DNA of 20,000 nt, from positions 109,488 through 129,487 of the IMG/VR virus record IMGVR_UViG_3300044568_006268; one strand, given 5' to 3'. The stretch comes from an uncultured virus (IMG/VR IMGVR_UViG_3300044568_006268). Taxonomy: Duplodnaviria; Heunggongvirae; Uroviricota; Caudoviricetes. The notes under the pieces were generated by a model, which was given only the letters and a program-made list of their open reading frames with translations, made no database searches and was not told the DNA's origin. A program made the translations under genes and the position numbers. This document shows, in pieces, positions 14,700 to 20,000 of the stretch. How positions within the stretch are numbered: the stretch's first letter is position 1; every line of letters starts with the position of its first letter.

Positions 14700-15275
14700 T
14701 TATTGGTTTTCGTCATAATATCCGTAATCTACTCCTGTGCAATCGACGCATCTATCGCATTGTTCTAAACATTGTTCGTCATAATCTACCTTATCGCCGC
14801 AATAGAAGTTTCTTTTGCGTTTGCTGTTTTCTAGCTTTTCAGTTTCATATTTAGTTAAAATCCATCTAACATTCGTTTCCGTATCTTTGCCTTCTAGGCC
14901 AGCTTCAACGATATTGTATTGGTTGTAGCCGGCATTATAAGCTCTTCGCATTAACTCTAAAATATCTACATTGGTTAGGCTGAAAGTTTTTTGTGCTAAT
15001 TTATAACCATCAATAAATGATAGTTCATCTCCATATTGATTTCTTTCAACCGATGATAGTAAATAATTTTCAGCAAGTTTATCAAGTGTTTCTTGTTTAG
15101 GTTCTTCTAATGTAATTTCCTTCAATGATTGTAATTCTATAATACTTCGATTTCCAAAACCTATTTGTTTTAATTTTCGAGGTTCTATGTTAATAGCCTC
15201 TTCGAAAGTTATATTAAATTGTTTAAAGGAATTTTCTAACCTTGCCGATATTTCTTGTTCGTTGTTATTTGTCAT
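14700..15275 (-). CDS. Mosaic protein with an N-terminal RNAP alpha-CTD-like domain and a Cys-rich tail
   Basis: EISARLENSFKQFNITFEEAINIEPRKLKQIGFGNRSIIEL resembles the alpha-CTD pattern LSxRxxNxL...I...L...GxKSxxEI; followed by EEPKQETL and C-terminal cysteines. Confidence 0.55.
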   Translation of the reverse strand: MTNNNEQEISARLENSFKQFNITFEEAINIEPRKLKQIGFGNRSIIELQSLKEITLEEPKQETLDKLAENYLLSSVERNQYGDELSFIDGYKLAQKTFSLTNVDILELMRRAYNAGYNQYNIVEAGLEGKDTETNVRWILTKYETEKLENSKRKRNFYCGDKVDYDEQCLEQCDRCVDCTGVDYGYYDENQ

Positions 15276-15687
15276 CTTCTATATCTTTAGGTCCACATTC
15301 ACATGTTGTAGTGTGTCCACAATAGCATTTTATTTCGATTGTATCTTCGATGCAAGTACATGACTCTAATGCTGTATTGCAATCATTACATACTTTTGGC
15401 AGCCATTTGATGTTGGCAAGTATTTCTCTAGCTCTATCATTACTCTTTTTGAATAGCTCTTGACCTTTAAATTTGTCGATGAATTCTTTAAGTTTAGCCT
15501 TCTTGTCGTCGTTAAAGACTTCTTCGTGAGTAATTTCCCTTTTAGAAACTTTCGATTCTTCTTCATCTACTTCCGTGATAGATGAGATTTTGAAATTGTA
15601 TCTTTTTATCCAACTAGCTAATTCACTAGATTCCATTGTTGATACTGAACTACCAAATTCGGTAAAATATCTGACTGCTACTTTCAT
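15265..15687 (-). CDS. Hypothetical protein with a Cys-rich C-terminus
   Basis: CNDC...CTC...CYCGH...CEC. Confidence 0.6.
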   Translation of the reverse strand: MKVAVRYFTEFGSSVSTMESSELASWIKRYNFKISSITEVDEEESKVSKREITHEEVFNDDKKAKLKEFIDKFKGQELFKKSNDRAREILANIKWLPKVCNDCNTALESCTCIEDTIEIKCYCGHTTTCECGPKDIEDDK

Positions 15688-15696
15688 ATTAATTTA

Positions 15697-15792
15697 TTAT
15701 GACATTATGACATACATTACTATTTCTACAAATATTATAAATAAGGCAAACATACAGATTGCAAATTTATCGTCACTACTCAACCGTTTCAC
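15697..15792 (-). CDS. Possible 31-aa membrane peptide (MKRLSSDDKFAICMFALFIIFVEIVMYVIMS, GTG start)
   Basis: Translated by hand; fills the gap between the neighbouring genes; single hydrophobic helix. Confidence 0.35.
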   Translation of the reverse strand: MKRLSSDDKFAICMFALFIIFVEIVMYVIMS

Positions 15793-16315
15793 TTGTTCTG
15801 CGTTTTGGTTGATGCTTAGCTAAACGCATTTCAATTTTGTTGACTAACTTTAGATTTTTGTACATTTCTATATTGTCAAGGTATTTTTGATGTCCGGCTT
15901 TTGCCACTTTAATTAAATCCGATTCTTCAGCATCGGTAAGTTCATAAACTAAATCACCACATTGAATTTTTGTTACAAAATTCCATTCTCGTTCACATAA
16001 TACAATATTCGGACGAAGAAACCTTTTCTTAAAGATTGTTTCCTTTTCGTTAATATTTGTGCTAGTGTATACTCGAATGTCAGGTTCACCATCAGGAAAT
16101 TTCAAACTAAAAGAAAGAATGTCTCGTTCAAAATATTCTCTTTTAGGGTAAGCACCATTATCTACTGCAATGTCAGTTAACCATTTAGTGCAATAATTAC
16201 CTTTCCATGTCGGATCACATCCACCAACAATACTATTGATGGTGTCTTTAAATACTGACTTGTCGGTCATACCCTCAATTTCGAGATGAATTAGTCTTAG
16301 TAGTTTTTCTTTCAT
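15776..16315 (-). CDS. Hypothetical protein
   Basis: 179-aa ORF in the operon. Confidence 0.65.
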   Translation of the reverse strand: MKEKLLRLIHLEIEGMTDKSVFKDTINSIVGGCDPTWKGNYCTKWLTDIAVDNGAYPKREYFERDILSFSLKFPDGEPDIRVYTSTNINEKETIFKKRFLRPNIVLCEREWNFVTKIQCGDLVYELTDAEESDLIKVAKAGHQKYLDNIEMYKNLKLVNKIEMRLAKHQPKRRTSETVE

Positions 16316-16317
16316 GA

Positions 16318-16662
16318 TTACTTGTTTCTTGATTTTAATAATTCAACTGCTATTTCGATACCATCTAACTTAGCTTCGTAATAACCTATGGCATTGTCGT
16401 CTGTAGTTTCCTCTTCTCCTTCTTGTAAATAAGAATATACATCGGCAATAAAGGTAGGTTGACCTTCTAATGTGTGACCTTCATATGTTACTTGAACAAT
16501 AATATCATGTTCAACTCGCAACCAATCAATGACATTACTCATTTCGATTCGTTTATCGTAGTGGTCTATTTCAAGTTCATCAAAAGTATTAGGGGTGATA
16601 TATTCATTTACGAAGATATAACCTAACTCTTCGAGTTCAGTAAATAAGTTTGGATTAGTCAT
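16318..16662 (-). CDS. Hypothetical phage protein (WLRxxH family, related to 18865-19248)
   Basis: DWLRVEHDIIVQV...YYEAKLDGIEIAVELL. Confidence 0.65.
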   Translation of the reverse strand: MTNPNLFTELEELGYIFVNEYITPNTFDELEIDHYDKRIEMSNVIDWLRVEHDIIVQVTYEGHTLEGQPTFIADVYSYLQEGEEETTDDNAIGYYEAKLDGIEIAVELLKSRNK

Positions 16663-16924
16663 GTAGAATTATTTCTTTAGTTGGTTTAACGTATTTTCTG
16701 GATTTTTCAATTGCAATATAATTTTCGGCTTCTTTAAGAGTATAAAATAGAACCTTTGTTAAATAACCACCACTATAAGTCGCTACATGTCGATAACAAT
16801 ATTTCCAATATGTTATTCCAAGAAAGCTTTTTCGTTCCTTTATATTGTAGAAAACCTGATTAGGATTACCAAACGAGTTATACTCTTGAACTTTGATTAT
16901 TTTATATTTAGTAGCCTTTGCCAT
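16655..16924 (-). CDS. Hypothetical protein
   Basis: 89-aa basic ORF preceded by the class-II motif. Confidence 0.65.
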   Translation of the reverse strand: MAKATKYKIIKVQEYNSFGNPNQVFYNIKERKSFLGITYWKYCYRHVATYSGGYLTKVLFYTLKEAENYIAIEKSRKYVKPTKEIILHD

Positions 16925-16941
16925 AATTTTATCATTTTAAG

Positions 16942-16968
16942 TTATATGCTGAATTTTTGACTTAGTTT
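16942..16968 (-). promoter_or_regulatory. Class-II repeated promoter-like motif AAACT-N15-CATATAA
   Basis: Plus strand TTATATG at 16942 and AGTTT at 16964. Confidence 0.55.
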
Positions 16969-17025
16969 TCTAGCGAGGACACCTAGAAGAAATCCCATAG
17001 ATTCTTCCAGGTCCACCAGGTGTTG

Positions 17026-17475
17026 TTAATACAAAATTTCAGATAATAATTTCGATTGAGTAATTGCAACAATTGCAAGTAAAAATCCAATCAAAATTTG
17101 AGTGATTATCATAATGTTAAATCCAACGTATTGATTAACTTTATGATACCAAGTACCTTTGCCGACAATTCGATATTGATGGTCTTTGACATTGATTTGT
17201 ATCATATTACTTTTGTAAGTTTCGTCAACTTTTACTAAAGCACTAATACCATCGGTTTGAAGAACTAAGCCGTTATTGACATATTGATTTGATTCCGAAC
17301 CTATATTTTCATACATCCGGTCAGGTAAAGAAATGTAATCGTATGCTACAATTTTTTGATTTGGTGAAATATTATCAACAAATTTTGGCTCGCTTGAATA
17401 AAATATAAAAATAATAAATGTTAGCATACTTAGCATAAGAGCAAGTAATGCAAATGCAGATTGTTTCTTTGTCAT
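17026..17475 (-). CDS. Membrane protein with N- and C-terminal TM helices (start revised to 17475, MTKKQSAF...)
   Basis: The track start at 17610 overlaps 17480-17710; the ATG at 17475 is 4 nt after that gene's stop and precedes a hydrophobic helix. Confidence 0.65.
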   Translation of the reverse strand: MTKKQSAFALLALMLSMLTFIIFIFYSSEPKFVDNISPNQKIVAYDYISLPDRMYENIGSESNQYVNNGLVLQTDGISALVKVDETYKSNMIQINVKDHQYRIVGKGTWYHKVNQYVGFNIMIITQILIGFLLAIVAITQSKLLSEILY

Positions 17476-17479
17476 AATG

Positions 17480-17710
17480 TTAGTGTGAAATGGTTGGTAT
17501 TCCGTGATTGTTACAGATATTTTGAATTGTTTCTTGATTGAAATATGAAGGAACTCCTTGTCCTTCACTGCCTGGAGTCCAAGCAAAAATATTGTCATCT
17601 TCTTGTACAAAGAATCCTCTCTGTCCTGCCCATGTATATCGAGTTTTTTCGTAAATTTCGATTGTTCCAGGAAAAGCTTTAATTTGCATAATTGCGTTTT
17701 GCATATTCAT
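17480..17710 (-). CDS. Hypothetical protein
   Basis: 76-aa ORF, tightly packed. Confidence 0.6.
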   Translation of the reverse strand: MNMQNAIMQIKAFPGTIEIYEKTRYTWAGQRGFFVQEDDNIFAWTPGSEGQGVPSYFNQETIQNICNNHGIPTISH

Positions 17711-17717
17711 ATTTGTA

Positions 17718-18158
17718 TTAGTTTTTAAATGAATTACATATTGGTCCTAATCCGGTTTCGATACTATGTGCATCGGTTAATTCTCTTCCACATTTTAAGC
17801 ACTTACCGGTATGAAATACTTCAGCTTGTTCGTTTAATCGATGAGTATTACCACTTTCTATTTGTCTAAGTAACCAAGAGATTCCTTTTGCAGTATCAGA
17901 TTCTACAATTGAACCGGACTTAATAACATTACCGTCTTTATAATATCCTAAATGTTTAAATTTCAAATATTGAGTTTCTACATATACATGAGTAAACCAC
18001 CTGTCATTAAATTCTGAACGAGATATTCGATATGTAAAATCTTTATTGGTTTTTTTACCTCTCAATGTAAAGTTACCACCTTTATTTTTCTTTTCGCTTG
18101 TTATAACCGAGATTAAAGATTCAGGTTTGATAAATCCAATTTGTGTATTCATAATCAT
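17718..18158 (-). CDS. DUF6011-like Zn-ribbon domain protein
   Basis: C-terminal GKCLKCGRELTDAHSIETGLGPIC. Confidence 0.75.
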   Translation of the reverse strand: MIMNTQIGFIKPESLISVITSEKKNKGGNFTLRGKKTNKDFTYRISRSEFNDRWFTHVYVETQYLKFKHLGYYKDGNVIKSGSIVESDTAKGISWLLRQIESGNTHRLNEQAEVFHTGKCLKCGRELTDAHSIETGLGPICNSFKN

Positions 18159-18162
18159 ATTA

Positions 18163-18236
18163 GTTTAATTTGATATACAAATATAAGCAAAAAACTCGAC
18201 ATTAAAAAATGTCGAGTCATAAAGTTATTAACAATT
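18163..18236 (-). promoter_or_regulatory. Class-I early promoter with a canonical Bacteroidota -7 box TATATTTG
   Basis: TAnnTTTG at 18178-18185 (minus strand); AATTGTTAATAACTTT box at 18221-18236. Confidence 0.7.
18189..18217 (-). terminator. Intrinsic terminator
   Basis: Minus strand ACTCGACATT-tttt-AATGTCGAGT followed by a T run, just downstream of the 18241 stop. Confidence 0.65.
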
Positions 18237-18240
18237 GTTA

Positions 18241-18555
18241 TTACTTAATATGTACCTTTTCGATAGTACCATTGTCCCAATTAGAAAACGTAGGCAATCC
18301 AACTGCTATTTTAATGGCCTTTTCTAAGGAGCAGTTAATTGTAGCTAACGCTTGTTTTTTGTTGTCTACCTCGATACTGATTTGCCAATTGCCGGTTTCA
18401 GTTAATTTATGATTGCTCATCAATTCAACACCTACTGGAGTTGCTAAAAATTCTTGAACTTGGTCATCAATAGTCATTTGACTAACCTCGTATTTTTGTC
18501 TTTCTAACCTATCAATGTTAGCTTGAATCTCGTTAATTTTATCTTCTTTTCTCAT
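18241..18555 (-). CDS. Hypothetical protein
   Basis: 104-aa ORF with an N-terminal coiled-coil-like stretch; ATGA coupling. Confidence 0.65.
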   Translation of the reverse strand: MRKEDKINEIQANIDRLERQKYEVSQMTIDDQVQEFLATPVGVELMSNHKLTETGNWQISIEVDNKKQALATINCSLEKAIKIAVGLPTFSNWDNGTIEKVHIK

Positions 18556-18863
18556 TCGTTATGGTTGTTTAAGTGGTATGTTGCACATTTTATTGCTATC
18601 AAAAAATTTATTACTAAGTGCCATCTCCAAGCAGGAGCAGTCATCAATTCACCAGAATAAAACCACATATCCAATATGTCAAATAAAGGTCGAGTTAATT
18701 CAATGCCTAAGAGCACATTGAATATTACCCATAAAATAGTAGCACCGATAATAAAAATATTGTAAAGTAAAAATAGACCGAGATGCAATTCCCATTCATA
18801 TTCCTTTAAAAACTTCCAATGGCCTATAATAGGATCTAGTACTCCGGTTAAAAGATTTTTCAT
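18552..18863 (-). CDS. Membrane protein
   Basis: Hydrophobic helices LHLGLFLLYNIFIIGATILWVIF and WHLVINFLIAI. Confidence 0.6.
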   Translation of the reverse strand: MKNLLTGVLDPIIGHWKFLKEYEWELHLGLFLLYNIFIIGATILWVIFNVLLGIELTRPLFDILDMWFYSGELMTAPAWRWHLVINFLIAIKCATYHLNNHNE

Positions 18864-18864
18864 A

Positions 18865-19248
18865 TTATTTGATAATTTTTATTGCTTCTACTAATCCAAA
18901 ATTAACTACCGACTCATAATTTTGGTCAATAATCCATCCTGGAAGTAATTTTATTCCCATTTTTGTGTCATAGATATCGAAAAAATAACCTTCAATATCT
19001 CTTGCTTTGTCAACCGTCAGATGCATCTGGTGGACATCTCGTAACCACCTGGTCATCGTTGTCTGTGTGACACAAGATATTCTAACGGAACCAAATTGAA
19101 ACTCGTCGTTAAAGTTTTCTTTTTTCTCTTTGTCTTTACTTACATAACGTTGACCATTTTGCTTAGCGTAAAATGCGTTTGTTGGTAAATCAAATCCTTT
19201 ACTTTTCGCTAATGTAGCTACTTCAAAAGAAACCGGTTCGTCTTCCAT
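18865..19248 (-). CDS. Hypothetical phage protein (VSFEVAxLAKxKGF / WLRxxH family)
   Basis: VSFEVATLAKSKGFD...TQ...RWLRDVHQMHLTV...YESVVNFGLVEAIKII, a pattern I recall from Bacteroidota phages. Confidence 0.65.
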   Translation of the reverse strand: MEDEPVSFEVATLAKSKGFDLPTNAFYAKQNGQRYVSKDKEKKENFNDEFQFGSVRISCVTQTTMTRWLRDVHQMHLTVDKARDIEGYFFDIYDTKMGIKLLPGWIIDQNYESVVNFGLVEAIKIIK

Positions 19249-19455
19249 CTATTCTTTATCCTTTTCTATTAAATGACTACCTAACCAATACTCGTCTTTA
19301 AATTTGATATGTTTGAATGGTAATTTAATTTCACCGGTTTCTTCGTCAAATTTAACTTCTTCTGATTTTCTTAATAGATTCCATTTTATCCACTTTTTGA
19401 TAATGATAAATGAAATTATGAGACCTATTATTGCAACAATTGTAAATGTTATCAT
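19249..19455 (-). CDS. Small N-terminally anchored membrane protein
   Basis: MITFTIVAIIGLIISFIII followed by KKW. Confidence 0.6.
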   Translation of the reverse strand: MITFTIVAIIGLIISFIIIKKWIKWNLLRKSEEVKFDEETGEIKLPFKHIKFKDEYWLGSHLIEKDKE

Positions 19456-19465
19456 AATTTAAAAT

Positions 19466-19717
19466 TTAAGGCATTACCCAATAATACTTACCTTTATGTA
19501 AGCATACTGGTATGTTTGTTAGTGGTTGTTCAATTGGTACTCTATAAATAATTACTAAACCTTTGTCTGTTAGGATGGTAACTTTTCTAGTATGCTGATA
19601 TGTAGGAACTGCATAAATTACTTCGCCATCTAATCTGATAGATTTTTTGCAGATATTCTTCGGACCTGAACAAGCTGATAACATTATGCAAAATAAGAGA
19701 ACAGTTAGCCTTTTCAT
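19466..19717 (-). CDS. Putative lipoprotein
   Basis: Signal peptide II MKRLTVLLFCIMLSA-C (LSAC lipobox). Confidence 0.65.
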   Translation of the reverse strand: MKRLTVLLFCIMLSACSGPKNICKKSIRLDGEVIYAVPTYQHTRKVTILTDKGLVIIYRVPIEQPLTNIPVCLHKGKYYWVMP

Positions 19718-19742
19718 TATTTTATATTTTAATGTTATATGC

Positions 19743-20000
19743 CTATTCTTCCTCTTTGATTAATATAAGTGCTGTTTGATATTTGTATTCCCAAGCACCA
19801 TTCATTCCTTTAACAATTTCAAATTCTACTTCATCGCCTATTTTTAGGCCTCGAGTAGAATTAGGATCGATCGGTAATTGTTTTGTTATTGTATGAACAT
19901 CATACACAATGCCATTCATGTCCTTTACTGATCTAAAAAACTCAGCATATTCAACAACCATACCGAGTTCTTCGTGCTTTACTATTTTTCCTTTATCCAT
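19743..20000 (-). CDS. Hypothetical protein (possible OB/cold-shock-like LKIGDEVEFEI strand); start lies at the window edge
   Basis: ATG at 20000; the ORF may extend upstream. Confidence 0.55.
   Translation of the reverse strand: MDKGKIVKHEELGMVVEYAEFFRSVKDMNGIVYDVHTITKQLPIDPNSTRGLKIGDEVEFEIVKGMNGAWEYKYQTALILIKEEE

Noticed and set aside
9735..18412. Plus-strand ORFs 9735-10016, 13100-13318, 15575-15823, 18209-18412 and nested minus ORFs 12527-12763, 13492-13707, 15366-15566
   Set aside because: They overlap better-supported genes in other frames or lie against the uniform coding strand; atypical composition.
1..20000. Alternative genetic code (stop-codon reassignment, seen in some Bacteroidota phages)
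   Set aside because: Standard-code ORFs tile densely, and TAA, TGA and TAG all occur at sensible gene ends.

Overview
AT-rich segment of what looks like a large tailed-phage genome. The host is probably Bacteroidota, judging by TAnnTTTG/A-type promoters and the lack of obvious Shine-Dalgarno sites. Essentially all real genes are on the minus strand. There are three zones. (1) 1-7682: a tightly coupled array of 17 genes with unrelated bodies. Thirteen start with the same 10-15 aa leader (e.g. MKNLQTYEEFLNE, MTQFKKYDEFLNE, MLHESLEEFLNE), and three more carry an internal, C-terminal or decayed copy. The leader closely resembles the T4 internal-protein capsid-targeting sequence (MKTYQEFIAE, cut by prohead protease after L/I-x-E). 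The tagged bodies include two ADP-ribosyltransferase-like proteins, a ParB/Srx-like protein, a Pol-beta-type nucleotidyltransferase, a GNAT, a flavodoxin-like reductase and an HExxH peptidase. This is my best candidate for an undescribed system: a modular cassette array of capsid-packaged, co-injected effectors (inference, not shown). (2) About 8610-9590: a ~1 kb GC-rich non-coding island with hairpins, short repeats and an abrupt C-rich to G-rich flip (candidate origin, terminus or packaging site). (3) 9593-20000: short early/middle-type genes with two classes of repeated promoter, including DUF932-like, wHTH, cytidylyltransferase, RNAP alpha-CTD-like and DUF6011-like genes. All family calls come from motif recognition by eye; no searches were run.
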